Of a stretch of 64,000 nt of DNA, positions 38,304 through 50,879 are shown piece by piece. This DNA comes from Escherichia coli (GTDB lineage: Bacteria; Pseudomonadota; Gammaproteobacteria; Enterobacterales; Enterobacteriaceae), in NCBI RefSeq assembly GCF_003334785.1, contig NZ_QOWV01000002.1; one strand, written 5' to 3'. Below the pieces are notes generated by a model. That model did not search any database and had not been told where the DNA came from. It was given only the letters and a program-made list of their open reading frames with translations. The first letter of the stretch is position 1. Every line of letters begins with the position of its first letter. The position numbers were made by a program, and so were the translations under genes.

Positions 38304-39719
38304 ATGAAAATCAAAACTCGCTTCGCGCCAAGCCCAACAGGCTATCTGCACGTTGGCGGCGCGCGTACTGCTCTTTACTCCTGGCTTTTTGCACGTAACC
38401 ACGGCGGTGAGTTCGTGCTGCGTATTGAAGACACCGATCTTGAGCGTTCCACGCCGGAAGCTATCGAAGCCATTATGGATGGCATGAACTGGCTGAGCCT
38501 GGAGTGGGATGAAGGTCCGTACTACCAGACCAAACGTTTTGATCGCTACAACGCGGTGATCGATCAGATGCTGGAAGAGGGCACTGCTTATAAATGCTAT
38601 TGCTCTAAAGAGCGCCTGGAAGCGCTGCGCGAAGAGCAAATGGCGAAAGGTGAGAAGCCGCGTTATGACGGTCGCTGCCGCCACAGCCATGAGCATCATG
38701 CTGATGATGAACCGTGTGTTGTACGTTTTGCTAACCCGCAGGAAGGTTCTGTTGTTTTTGACGATCAGATCCGTGGTCCGATCGAGTTCAGCAACCAGGA
38801 ACTGGACGATCTTATTATCCGCCGTACCGATGGTTCCCCAACCTATAACTTCTGTGTGGTTGTCGATGACTGGGATATGGAAATCACCCACGTTATCCGT
38901 GGCGAAGACCATATCAACAACACGCCACGCCAGATCAACATTCTTAAGGCCCTGAAAGCGCCGGTGCCGGTTTACGCGCACGTTTCTATGATCAATGGCG
39001 ATGACGGTAAAAAACTGTCCAAACGTCACGGGGCAGTCAGCGTAATGCAGTATCGTGATGACGGTTATTTGCCAGAAGCACTGCTGAACTATCTGGTGCG
39101 TCTGGGCTGGTCCCACGGCGATCAGGAAATCTTCACTCGTGAAGAGATGATCAAATACTTCACTTTGAATGCCGTCAGCAAATCTGCCAGTGCGTTCAAC
39201 ACCGACAAGCTGCTGTGGCTGAACCATCACTACATTAACGCGCTGCCGCCGGAGTATGTTGCTACTCACTTACAGTGGCACATTGAGCAGGAAAATATCG
39301 ATACCCGTAACGGCCCGCAGCTGGCTGATCTGGTGAAACTGCTGGGCGAACGCTGCAAGACGCTGAAAGAGATGGCACAGAGCTGCCGTTATTTCTACGA
39401 AGATTTTGCTGAGTTCGATGCCGACGCCGCGAAAAAACATCTGCGTCCGGTAGCGCGTCAGCCGCTGGAAGTGGTTCGTGACAAACTGGCCGCGATTACT
39501 GACTGGACCGCTGAAAACGTTCATCACGCTATTCAGGCGACGGCGGATGAGCTGGAAGTGGGTATGGGTAAAGTTGGTATGCCGCTGCGTGTCGCCGTAA
39601 CCGGTGCGGGGCAGTCTCCAGCACTGGATGTTACCGTTCACGCAATTGGTAAGACCCGCAGTATCGAGCGTATCAACAAAGCGCTGGATTTTATTGCTGA
39701 ACGCGAAAATCAGCAGTAA
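38304..39719 (+). CDS. gltX: Glutamyl-tRNA synthetase
   Basis: 471-aa ORF ([29 protein letters not shown]...), class I HVGG and KLSKR motifs. Confidence 0.97.
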
Positions 39720-39739
39720 TTAGCGTGTAAAAAGATAAA

Positions 39740-39769
39740 CGGCAGGAGATAATATCCTGCCGTTTTTTA
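39740..39769. terminator. Intrinsic terminator between convergent gltX and yfeD
   Basis: CGGCAGGA-GATAATA-TCCTGCCG followed by TTTTTT. Confidence 0.8.
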
Positions 39770-39770
39770 T

Positions 39771-40163
39771 TTATGCTGATTCGTCAATATCGAGACGGGC
39801 GAGGAAATTGCGAATTCCTTCACGTGACAAAAATTGCGCGACTTTTTCCTGCTCAATGTCTGTCATATTATCTATCGCGTTGATGATTTGTCGATACGCC
39901 GGGGCGCGTGCTCCAGGAGCGTATTCAGCAATTCTCTCTTCAGCTTCCATCAACATTGGTGTGTTATGGAAGGCTGGCGTGTTCTGAATAAACTCGCAAA
40001 CTTGCGTATCGACCAGAATAAGTCTGGCACGACCGCCTTTCACGCCGGGAAATTTTTCCGTTTTCCAGCCTTTTTCTCTGATCCAACGGTTAACAGTTTG
40101 TTTAGCCACACCGAGGCATTCAGCCAGTTCTTCGGTGGTCATTTTATTGCGTAATCTTTTCAT
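39771..40163 (-). CDS. yfeD: Small putative DNA-binding protein YfeD
   Basis: 130-aa ORF; paralogous to adjacent yfeC. Confidence 0.85.
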   Translation of the reverse strand: MKRLRNKMTTEELAECLGVAKQTVNRWIREKGWKTEKFPGVKGGRARLILVDTQVCEFIQNTPAFHNTPMLMEAEERIAEYAPGARAPAYRQIINAIDNMTDIEQEKVAQFLSREGIRNFLARLDIDESA

Positions 40164-40164
40164 A

Positions 40165-40509
40165 TTATTTGCTATCGCGAATCCCTAAGCGTTGTAACAA
40201 TCCGATAATCCCTTCCCGCAGAAGCAAGGATGTAAACTGTTTTTGTTCAACTGGCGTCATCTCTTTCGCCAGTGTCACCAGCAATACTTCAAGCGGCGCA
40301 TCACCAGAAAGGGCAGGCGCTTCTCCCTGACCTTCTGGACGTTCAGCATTGCGAATATATTCACGAACCTGTTCATTGACGTGAACCAGTCGGGCTTTGC
40401 CACCCTGGACGCCAGGTTTTGGTGACGTTGTCCAGCCTTCCTTGCGTACCCATTTATTAATGGTCTGGCGGCTATAGCCGGTCAGTCTGGCAAGTTCATC
40501 TGGTGTCAT
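40165..40509 (-). CDS. yfeC: Small putative DNA-binding protein YfeC
   Basis: 114 aa from ATG at 40509, which has an AAGGAGAGG RBS (MTPDELARLTGYSRQTINKWVRKEGW...). Confidence 0.85.
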   Translation of the reverse strand: MTPDELARLTGYSRQTINKWVRKEGWTTSPKPGVQGGKARLVHVNEQVREYIRNAERPEGQGEAPALSGDAPLEVLLVTLAKEMTPVEQKQFTSLLLREGIIGLLQRLGIRDSK

Positions 40510-40744
40510 CCTCTCCTTGAACATAACAATTCCCTGAATGTATGTGGGTCTATTAGTAGTTCATTTTATAACACCACTTTACAGGAAACCGTGACATGAA
40601 TAACTACTGAATGCGAGCGGTTTTCCAAAATTGTTCATTTGCCTGATTTTTCAGCGATTGAAACTACACGTTGCAATTTGCCGTTGACACATTCGGGCGG
40701 AATTCATATGATGCCGCCCGTCAACTCGACAAGCTTTACGTGAC

Positions 40745-40820
<76 letters not shown>

Positions 40821-40829
40821 AATTTCCAA

Positions 40830-40855
40830 CCCTCGCTGCAAAGCGGGGGTTTTTT
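40830..40855 (+). terminator. Intrinsic terminator after tRNA-Ala
   Basis: CCCTCGC-TGCAAA-GCGGGGG followed by TTTTTT. Confidence 0.7.
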
Positions 40856-41028
40856 GTCTCTGCTTTTTGCCGCTTTTGTAATACAGTCTACGTCCGGGTT
40901 AGTGCCGCCTGGTGAAAGCATCATTGGATGAAAAATCGGCAACAGGCTGGCCCCCTGTTTGCTTCGCGATGCGAATAAACTTATTATTTGTGTGCCTGAA
41001 AACCCCGATCAGTGAGAGTAGTGTACTC

Positions 41029-43218
41029 ATGTTTGTGGAGCATAACCTGATAAAAAATATCAAGATATTCACACTAGCGTTTACGCTCACCGTGGTACTT
41101 ATTCAGCTATCCCGTTTTATTTCGCCACTTGCCATTATCCATTCCAGTTATATCTTTCTGGCGTGGATGCCACTGTGCGTAATGCAGTCAATCTTGTTTA
41201 TCTTTGGCTGGCGCGGTGTCGTTCCCGTTTTATGCGGGATGTTTTGCACCAATCTGTGGAACTTTCATCTCTCTTTTTTACAGACTGCGGTCATGCTCGG
41301 TAGCCAGACGTTTGTCGTGTTGTGTGCCTGCGCAATATTACGCTGGCAGCTGGGGACGCGTTGGCGTTATGGATTGACCAGCCGATATGTCTGGCAACGT
41401 CTGTTCTGGCTTGGTTTGGTGACGCCGATCGGCATCAAATGCAGCATGTATCTTGTGGGGAGCTTCTTTGATTTCCCGCTAAAGATATCCACCTTTTTCG
41501 GCGATGCGGATGCCATTTTCACGGTCGTTGATTTGCTAAGCCTTTTCACCGCTGTGCTGATTTACAACATGCTTTTCTACTATCTCACTCGCATGATTGT
41601 AAGTCCCCACTTTGCGCAGATATTGTGGCGCAGGGATATCGCTCCGTCGTTGGGCAAAGAGAAACGCGCATTTACCTTAAGCTGGCTGGCAGCGTTAAGC
41701 GTGCTGCTACTTCTGTTGTGCACACCTTATGAAAACGACTTTATTGCCGGTTACCTGGTACCCGTTTTCTTCATCATCTTTACCCTCGGGGTCGGTAAGC
41801 TTCGCTATCCGTTTTTAAATCTCACCTGGGCTGTTTCAACGCTTTGCCTTCTGAATTACAACCAGAACTTTTTGCAAGGGGTGGAAACCGAATATTCGCT
41901 GGCATTTATTCTTGCGGTGCTGATTTCCTTTAGCGTTTGCCTGCTCTATATGGTGCGCATTTATCATCGCAGTGAATGGCTTAATCGCCGCTGGCATTTG
42001 CAGGCGCTGACAGATCCGTTAACGCTCCTACCCAACTTTCGTGCGTTGGAACAAGCGCCGGAGCAAGAGGCGGGCAAGAGTTTTTGCTGCCTGCGCATTG
42101 ATAATCTTGAGTTTATGAGTCGTCATTACGGCTTAATGATGCGCGTTCACTGTATCCGCTCAATTTGCCGTACGCTGCTGCCGTTGATGCAGGAAAACGA
42201 AAAGTTGTATCAATTGCCGGGTAGTGAACTGCTGTTAGTGCTGAGCGGGCCGGAAACGGAAGGGCGACTCCAGCATATGGTTAACATCCTGAATAGTCGG
42301 CAAATTCACTGGAACAATACCGGGCTGGATATGGGCTATGGTGCTGCCTGGGGGCGTTTTGATGGAAATCAGGAAACCCTGCAACCCTTGTTGGGGCAGT
42401 TAAGCTGGCTGGCGGAGCAATCCTGCGCACATCATCATGTGCTGGCGCTGGATAGCAGAGAGGAGATGGTTTCCGGGCAGACCACTAAACAGGTGCTATT
42501 GCTGAATACCATTCGCACGGCGTTAGATCAGGGTGATTTGCTGCTCTACGCCCAGCCAATTCGCAACAAAGAGGGTGAAGGTTATGATGAGATCCTCGCG
42601 CGACTGAAATATGACGGCGGCATTATGACCCCGGATAAGTTTCTGCCCCTTATTGCTCAGTTTAACCTTAGCGCGCGTTTTGATTTGCAAGTGCTGGAAT
42701 CCTTGTTGAAGTGGCTGGCAACACACCCTTGCGACAAAAAAGGACCGCGCTTTTCAGTCAATTTAATGCCGCTCACGCTGCTGCAAAAGAATATTGCCGG
42801 GCGGATTATTCGTCTGTTTAAGCGTTATCACATCTCCCCGCAGGCGGTCATTCTTGAGATCACCGAGGAGCAGGCGTTTTCTAACGCAGAAAGCAGCATG
42901 TACAACATCGAGCAGCTGCATAAGTTTGGTTTCCGGATTGCGATTGATGACTTTGGCACCGGATATGCCAACTACGAACGGTTAAAGCGTTTGCAGGCTG
43001 ATATCATCAAAATTGATGGCGTCTTTGTGAAAGATATTGTCACGAACACGCTGGATGCGATGATTGTGAGATCAATTACCGATCTGGCGAAAGCGAAGTC
43101 ATTGAGTGTGGTCGCGGAGTTTGTCGAGACGCAACAGCAGCAGGCGCTATTGCATAAGCTCGGGGTGCAATATCTGCAAGGGTATTTGATTGGTCGCCCG
43201 CAGCCATTAGCTGATTAA
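41029..43218 (+). CDS. yfeA: Membrane-anchored cyclic-di-GMP phosphodiesterase (N-terminal membrane sensor region, degenerate GGDEF, EAL domain)
   Basis: 729 aa from ATG at 41029 (MFVEHNLIKNIKIF...); EAL-domain region near C-terminus; the ORF track starts 39 codons upstream. Confidence 0.9.
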   Translation: MFVEHNLIKNIKIFTLAFTLTVVLIQLSRFISPLAIIHSSYIFLAWMPLCVMQSILFIFGWRGVVPVLCGMFCTNLWNFHLSFLQTAVMLGSQTFVVLCACAILRWQLGTRWRYGLTSRYVWQRLFWLGLVTPIGIKCSMYLVGSFFDFPLKISTFFGDADAIFTVVDLLSLFTAVLIYNMLFYYLTRMIVSPHFAQILWRRDIAPSLGKEKRAFTLSWLAALSVLLLLLCTPYENDFIAGYLVPVFFIIFTLGVGKLRYPFLNLTWAVSTLCLLNYNQNFLQGVETEYSLAFILAVLISFSVCLLYMVRIYHRSEWLNRRWHLQALTDPLTLLPNFRALEQAPEQEAGKSFCCLRIDNLEFMSRHYGLMMRVHCIRSICRTLLPLMQENEKLYQLPGSELLLVLSGPETEGRLQHMVNILNSRQIHWNNTGLDMGYGAAWGRFDGNQETLQPLLGQLSWLAEQSCAHHHVLALDSREEMVSGQTTKQVLLLNTIRTALDQGDLLLYAQPIRNKEGEGYDEILARLKYDGGIMTPDKFLPLIAQFNLSARFDLQVLESLLKWLATHPCDKKGPRFSVNLMPLTLLQKNIAGRIIRLFKRYHISPQAVILEITEEQAFSNAESSMYNIEQLHKFGFRIAIDDFGTGYANYERLKRLQADIIKIDGVFVKDIVTNTLDAMIVRSITDLAKAKSLSVVAEFVETQQQQALLHKLGVQYLQGYLIGRPQPLAD

Positions 43219-43225
43219 CAGGCGT

Positions 43226-43257
43226 AAAAAAACCGGGGAATTATCCCCGGCTTTTTT
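43226..43257. terminator. Bidirectional intrinsic terminator between convergent yfeA and nupC
   Basis: AAAAAAA-CCGGGGA-ATTA-TCCCCGG-C-TTTTTT. Confidence 0.8.
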
Positions 43258-43267
43258 ATGTATGGTC

Positions 43268-44470
43268 TTACAGCACCAGTGCTGCGATTGACGCAGACAG
43301 CACACTCACCAGGGTAGAGCCGTAAACCAGCTTCAGACCGAAGCGAGAAACCACGTTACCTTGCTCTTCATTCAGGCCTTTAACTGCACCTGCGATAATC
43401 CCGATTGAAGAGAAGTTAGCGAAGGAAACCAGGAACACAGAGATGATGCCTTCAGCACGCGGAGAGAGCGTGGAAGCAATTTTCTGCAGATCCATCATCG
43501 CAACGAACTCGTTGGAAACCAGTTTGGTCGCCATGATACTGCCCACTTGCAGTGCTTCACTGGAAGGAACACCCATCACCCATGCAATCGGATAGAAGAT
43601 GTAGCCCAGGATGCCCTGGAAGGAGATGCTGTAGCCAAACCAGCCAGTAACGGTGGCAAACAGTGCGTTCAGCGCGGCGATCAGGGCGATAAAGCCAATC
43701 AGCATCGCGGCAACGATAATGGCAACTTTGAAACCTGCCAGAATGTATTCACCCAGCATTTCGAAGAAGCTCTGACCTTCGTGCAGGTTGGACATCTGGA
43801 TGTTTTCTTCACTGGCATCAACACGGTAAGGATTGATCAGCGACAGCACGATAAAGGTGCTGAACATGTTCAGTACCAGCGCAGCAACGACGTATTTCGG
43901 TTCCAGCATGGTCATGTATGCACCAACGATGGACATCGACACGGTGGACATTGCCGTGGCAGCCATGGTGTACATACGATTACGGGAGATTTTGCCGAGG
44001 ATATCTTTATAGGCAATAAAGTTTTCAGACTGACCCAGAATCAGGGAGCTGACGGCGTTAAAGGATTCCAGTTTGCCCATGCCGTTGACTTTGGAGAGCA
44101 GGAAACCAATTGCGCGGATGATCACCGGCAACACGCGAATGTGCTGGAGAATACCGATCAGTGCAGAGATAAAGACGATTGGGCACAGCACTTTCAGGAA
44201 GAAGAATGCCAGGCCTTGATCATTCATGCTACCAAAGACGAAGTTAGTCCCTTCGTTGGCAAATCCGAGCAGTTTTTCGAACATTTCGGAGAAGCCTTTC
44301 ACGAAGCCTAAACCAACGTCGGAGTTCAGGAAGAACCACGCCAGTAACACTTCGATAACAAGCAGTTGAATAACATAACGGATACGAATTTTTTTGCGGT
44401 CGCTGCTTACCAGCAGTGCGAGAATCGCAACAACGGCAAGTGCCAGTACAAAATGAAGGACGCGGTCCAT
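43268..44470 (-). CDS. nupC: Nucleoside:H+ symporter NupC
   Basis: 400 aa from ATG at 44470 ([27 protein letters not shown]...). Confidence 0.94.
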
Positions 44471-44738
44471 ATTTGCTCCAAATATGAGGCAGGTTAAATT
44501 TCCGTGCACATTCTATGTAACATGGTTAAGGAAAACGAGATCTGACACACACTATAATGACGTCCTGTGACAGGCTTCAAAAATAGTGATCTGTCATACA
44601 TTTCTGCTATGTTGTGTATGGAAGCTGAAAGTTATGTAAATGTGCTAACATTAAACATAACCATAACATTCAAGTCATCAATCTTTTCGTAGTCATAATC
44701 CTGGTCTATCAGAGAAATCACCACAATCCATTTAAATG

Positions 44739-44757
44739 AATTTGATAATCATTCTCG
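44739..44757 (+). promoter_or_regulatory. Putative Fur box in the mntH promoter
   Basis: GAATTTGATAATCATTCTC resembles the Fur consensus GATAATGATAATCATTATC; mntH is known to be Fur-regulated. Confidence 0.5.
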
Positions 44758-44771
44758 TTTGGTATAGCATG

Positions 44772-44793
44772 AAACATAGCAAAGGCTATGTTT
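44772..44793 (+). promoter_or_regulatory. MntR operator (palindromic MntR box) in the mntH promoter
   Basis: AAACATAGC-AAAG-GCTATGTTT perfect inverted repeat, 13 bp upstream of the mntH ATG; agrees with the MntR box as I recall it from the literature. Confidence 0.7.
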
Positions 44794-44796
44794 TAG

Positions 44797-46044
<1,248 letters not shown>

Positions 46045-46050
46045 TTGAAT

Positions 46051-46160
<110 letters not shown>

Positions 46161-46184
46161 ATTGTGCTCCATTGGCGGACGCGT

Positions 46185-46511
46185 TTAATGGCGGTGCCCA
46201 TGACCCCGGCCTTTTCCGCGATGATCGTCACGATCGCGCCAGCCTTCACGATAGCCACGCTCATACGCTTTACGCTTATCCCAGCCACGGTGGTAGCCAT
46301 TATCATGACGCCACCAACGGTTTTTGCGCCACTCATAATTGCGATGCCAGTAGTCACGGTCGCGCCAGTGACCACCGTCCCAGTAATTACCGTAATGATC
46401 GCGATCGCCAATTTGTAATTTGATTGATGGCAGTAGGGTGATTTCACCTGCGTTTGCTGCAAGCGGGGTAAATGCCATCAGGGCGGCCGCCAGAAACAGT
46501 GACCTGAACAT
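46185..46511 (-). CDS. ypeC: Periplasmic low-complexity protein YpeC
   Basis: 108-aa ORF with signal peptide ([21 protein letters not shown]) and W/R/D/H-rich repetitive C-terminus. Confidence 0.85.
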
Positions 46512-46625
46512 TGTTATTCTCCTTCACGCTCGAAGCCGTCAGCGGCCTGTTAACGCAATATTACGGGGAGGTAAAGCCCCGTATCATCGCCATAACTCTT
46601 AAATCATAAAGGAGAGCATTTTTTG

Positions 46626-47882
46626 CTAAACGTTATCGTGGGGTGGCTGTTGCTTCGGACGATTGACCATCATCATCGGCTTACCTGCTAATAACAGCCA
46701 TGCCGGAAGCATGACGATACAGAGCAGCGGTAGCAATGTGGTATTGGGTACAACGACTGCCGCCATAAAAAGACTTAACCAGCCATCGCGTGTTACCACC
46801 AGCACGATGCCGAGAATAGCGCAAGAAACGGTTATTGCCGCTGGTACGGCGGGAACGTGCTCATGCAGCATCAACCCTAATGCCACGCCGACAAACACTG
46901 CCGGGAAGATTCGCCCACCGCGAAAGCCACTGGCGGCAGCAACGACCAGGGCGGCAAGTTTAATTACCGCCAGCAAAAAGTAATCGCTGGTGCTGAAAGC
47001 CTGATTTGCCACCATCTGCTGCATCTCATCCAGCCCTTTAAACAGCGAAACTGGTCCACCAATAACCCCCAGAATACCGAGAATAAATCCGCCAATACCC
47101 AGCACGAGCACCGGATTTTTCATTTGATGCATCATCGCGTGCAACCGTGGTAAGCACCATACGGCGACCATCCCTGCTGCGATGGCAATCGCCGCGACAA
47201 TTGCACCGCTGAGAATATCGGTCATTTCCATCTGTCCGTAATGAGCAATGGGCAGTGAAAAATGAGGATGGAAAAATAATCCGGTAGTAAGTGCACCAGC
47301 TGCTGCCGCCATTAACGGCGCAAAGAGACGATCCCATAGCGGAACTTCACTACTGCCATTTAAGGTTTGCGAAAATATCAACGCCGCCGCAACAGGAGTG
47401 CCAAACAGTGCGCCGATGGTTCCGGCAGAGGCTAAAATAGTCCACTCCATTCGGTTGACGCGCGGTAACAGACGAGCGCCAATGGCAACCGCAAGGGCGA
47501 TATTGACGGTCATGATCGGATGTTCCGGCCCCAGGCTGACGCCGCCAGCAAGACCGAGAATTAATGCTACGATAAGTCCAGGTAGCGCAGAGGGCGGAAC
47601 CGGTGCGCCGATCAGCGGTTCACAGGCGGGGTCTGGTCCGGCATGACCCTGGCTGAAACGGATAACCAACCCCACCGCAATACCCGTTAGCGTTAATACA
47701 CCGATGATCCAGAGGGGTGAATCCTGGGCTATCCCCAGAGTTCCCGGCAGTCGTTGCCAGAGCAAATTCTGTAATACCGAGGCGATTTTCATCACCACAA
47801 TCAGAATAAGACTGGACGCAATCCCAATTGCCACGGCGGGGAGCGATAATAACAACATGGTTCTGGCTCGCGGATGGAGCAT
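46626..47882 (-). CDS. yfeO: Putative ClC-family ion channel/transporter YfeO
   Basis: 418-aa polytopic membrane ORF. Confidence 0.85.
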
Positions 47883-48085
47883 GTTCTATTCCTTATGCGG
47901 GGTCAGATACTTAGTTTGCCCAGCTTGCAAAAAGGCATCGCTGCAATTGGTGCTGAAACGATAAAGTAATTGTGTGACCCAGATCGATATTTACAGGGAG
48001 CCTGCCTTTCCGGCGTTGTTGTTATGCCCCCAGGTATTTACAGTGTGAGAAAGAATTATTTTGACTTTAGCGGAGCAGTTGAAGA

Positions 48086-49051
48086 ATGACAAAGTATGCA
48101 TTAGTCGGTGATGTGGGCGGCACCAACGCACGTCTTGCTCTGTGTGATATTGCCAGTGGTGAAATCTCGCAGGCTAAGACCTATTCAGGGCTTGATTACC
48201 CCAGCCTCGAAGCGGTCATTCGCGTTTATCTTGAAGAACATAAGGTCGAGGTGAAAGACGGCTGTATTGCCATCGCTTGCCCAATTACCGGTGACTGGGT
48301 GGCGATGACCAACCATACCTGGGCGTTCTCAATTGCCGAAATGAAAAAGAATCTCGGTTTTAGCCATCTGGAAATTATTAACGATTTTACCGCTGTATCG
48401 ATGGCGATCCCGATGCTGAAAAAAGAGCATCTGATTCAGTTTGGTGGCGCAGAACCGGTCGAAGGTAAGCCTATTGCGGTTTACGGTGCCGGAACGGGGC
48501 TTGGGGTTGCGCATCTGGTCCATGTCGATAAGCGTTGGGTAAGCTTGCCAGGCGAAGGCGGTCACGTTGATTTTGCGCCGAATAGTGAAGAAGAGGCCAT
48601 TATCCTCGAAATATTGCGTGCGGAAATTGGTCATGTTTCGGCGGAGCGCGTGCTTTCTGGCCCTGGGCTGGTGAATTTGTATCGCGCAATTGTGAAAGCT
48701 GACAACCGCCTGCCAGAAAATCTCAAGCCAAAAGATATTACCGAACGCGCGCTGGCTGACAGCTGCACCGATTGCCGCCGCGCATTGTCGCTGTTTTGCG
48801 TCATTATGGGCCGTTTTGGCGGCAATCTGGCGCTCAATCTCGGGACATTTGGCGGCGTGTTTATTGCGGGCGGTATCGTGCCGCGCTTCCTTGAGTTCTT
48901 CAAAGCCTCCGGTTTCCGTGCCGCATTTGAAGATAAAGGGCGCTTTAAAGAATATGTCCATGATATTCCGGTGTATCTCATCGTCCATGACAATCCGGGC
49001 CTTCTCGGTTCCGGTGCACATTTACGCCAGACCTTAGGTCACATTCTGTAA
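48086..49051 (+). CDS. glk: Glucokinase
   Basis: 321-aa ORF ([35 protein letters not shown]...). Confidence 0.96.
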   Translation: MTKYALVGDVGGTNARLALCDIASGEISQAKTYSGLDYPSLEAVIRVYLEEHKVEVKDGCIAIACPITGDWVAMTNHTWAFSIAEMKKNLGFSHLEIINDFTAVSMAIPMLKKEHLIQFGGAEPVEGKPIAVYGAGTGLGVAHLVHVDKRWVSLPGEGGHVDFAPNSEEEAIILEILRAEIGHVSAERVLSGPGLVNLYRAIVKADNRLPENLKPKDITERALADSCTDCRRALSLFCVIMGRFGGNLALNLGTFGGVFIAGGIVPRFLEFFKASGFRAAFEDKGRFKEYVHDIPVYLIVHDNPGLLGSGAHLRQTLGHIL

Positions 49052-49269
49052 ATCCTTCCTTTTATATCGGGAGGTAACTCTCCCGATAATCTTTTAAATC
49101 ATACAGTTTATTCAATTTTTCTTTGTGTCCCCTCACAAGGTCGACCTGCGTCACACTTCCGTACAGCGGGATTAATTCTCCAGTAAATGCATTATTTGTC
49201 TGGTAACGGCGATTTGTTTTGCACGTTCATAATTTCACTCGTCAACTATCACTGAACGAGGAATTAACG

Positions 49270-49596
49270 ATGAGTAAGAAACTGATTGCCTTATGTGCCT
49301 GCCCGATGGGCCTGGCTCACACCTTTATGGCCGCTCAGGCGCTGGAAGAAGCGGCGGTAGAAGCCGGTTATGAAGTGAAAATTGAAACCCAGGGCGCGGA
49401 CGGTATCCAGAATCGCCTGACGGCGCAGGATATCGCCGAAGCGACCATCATCATCCACTCCGTGGCAGTTACCCCGGAAGATAACGAACGTTTCGAATCA
49501 CGCGACGTTTATGAAATCACTTTGCAGGACGCAATTAAAAACGCTGCGGGCATCATCAAAGAAATCGAAGAGATGATTGCCTCTGAACAACAGTAA
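49270..49596 (+). CDS. fryB: PTS fructose-like EIIB component
   Basis: 108 aa from ATG at 49270 (MSKKLIALCACPMGLAHTFMAAQALEEAA...), active-site Cys motif. Confidence 0.9.
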   Translation: MSKKLIALCACPMGLAHTFMAAQALEEAAVEAGYEVKIETQGADGIQNRLTAQDIAEATIIIHSVAVTPEDNERFESRDVYEITLQDAIKNAAGIIKEIEEMIASEQQ

Positions 49597-49617
49597 TATT
49601 CGACAGGGATAATTGTT

Positions 49618-50865
49618 ATGGCCATTAAAAAACGCAGTGCAACCGTTGTGCCTGGCGCATCCGGTGCGGCAGCGGCAGTTAAGAATCCGCAGGCCTCTAA
49701 AACCAGCTTCTGGGGTGAACTCCCGCAGCATGTGATGTCAGGGATTTCACGCATGGTGCCGACCTTAATTATGGGCGGTGTGATCCTCGCTTTCAGCCAG
49801 CTGATTGCTTATAGCTGGCTTAAAATTCCTGCTGAGATCGGCATCATGGATGCTCTTAATAGCGGGAAATTCTCCGGTTTCGACCTCTCCTTACTTAAAT
49901 TTGCCTGGCTGTCGCAGTCCTTCGGCGGCGTGTTGTTTGGTTTTGCCATTCCGATGTTTGCTGCTTTTGTGGCGAACTCTATCGGTGGCAAACTGGCGTT
50001 CCCGGCTGGTTTTATCGGCGGGTTGATGTCTACCCAGCCGACGCAACTGCTGAACTTCGATCCCAGCACTATGCAATGGGCGACCTCTTCGCCGGTGCCG
50101 TCCACCTTCATTGGTGCGCTGATTATTTCTATCGTTGCCGGTTACCTTGTGAAGTGGATGAACCAGAAAATCCAGTTACCGGATTTCCTGTTAGCGTTCA
50201 AAACCACATTTTTGCTCCCGATTCTTTCCGCCATTTTTGTCATGCTGGCGATGTACTACGTCATCACCCCCTTTGGTGGCTGGATCAACGGCGGTATCCG
50301 TACTGTGCTGACTGCCGCAGGTGAGAAGGGCGCGCTGATGTACGCAATGGGGATCGCCGCGGCGACAGCAATCGACCTTGGTGGCCCGATCAACAAAGCC
50401 GCAGGTTTTGTTGCCTTCAGCTTTACCACTGACCACGTATTACCGGTCACCGCTCGTTCTATCGCTATCGTTATTCCGCCGATTGGTCTGGGGCTGGCGA
50501 CCATTATCGACCGTCGTTTAACCGGCAAACGCCTGTTCAACGCTCAACTTTATCCGCAGGGTAAGACCGCCATGTTCCTGGCGTTTATGGGGATCAGTGA
50601 GGGTGCGATTCCGTTTGCGCTGGAAAGCCCCATCACCGCCATTCCGTCGTATATGGTCGGCGCTATTGTCGGCTCAACCGCCGCTGTCTGGCTGGGCGCA
50701 GTGCAATGGTTCCCGGAGTCCGCTATCTGGGCATGGCCGCTGGTCACTAACCTGGGCGTCTATATGGCGGGGATCGCGCTGGGGGCAGTCATAACTGCGC
50801 TGATGGTGGTGTTCCTGCGTCTGATGATGTTCCGTAAAGGCAAATTGTTAATCGATAGCCTGTAA
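49618..50865 (+). CDS. fryC: PTS fructose-like EIIC component
   Basis: 415-aa membrane ORF downstream of fryB. Confidence 0.9.
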   Translation: MAIKKRSATVVPGASGAAAAVKNPQASKTSFWGELPQHVMSGISRMVPTLIMGGVILAFSQLIAYSWLKIPAEIGIMDALNSGKFSGFDLSLLKFAWLSQSFGGVLFGFAIPMFAAFVANSIGGKLAFPAGFIGGLMSTQPTQLLNFDPSTMQWATSSPVPSTFIGALIISIVAGYLVKWMNQKIQLPDFLLAFKTTFLLPILSAIFVMLAMYYVITPFGGWINGGIRTVLTAAGEKGALMYAMGIAAATAIDLGGPINKAAGFVAFSFTTDHVLPVTARSIAIVIPPIGLGLATIIDRRLTGKRLFNAQLYPQGKTAMFLAFMGISEGAIPFALESPITAIPSYMVGAIVGSTAAVWLGAVQWFPESAIWAWPLVTNLGVYMAGIALGAVITALMVVFLRLMMFRKGKLLIDSL

Positions 50866-50879
50866 GAAGGAAAATCCAG

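Noticed and set aside
38169-39269. 366-aa minus-strand ORF inside gltX
   Set aside because: Shadow ORF antisense to the essential, clearly recognisable glutamyl-tRNA synthetase gene; it also overlaps the tRNA-Val/gltX promoter region.
39771-40524. yfeD-yfeC as a candidate toxin-antitoxin pair
   Set aside because: Both proteins are homologous to each other and HTH-like. Neither resembles a toxin fold, so the pair is reported as tandem paralogous regulators instead.
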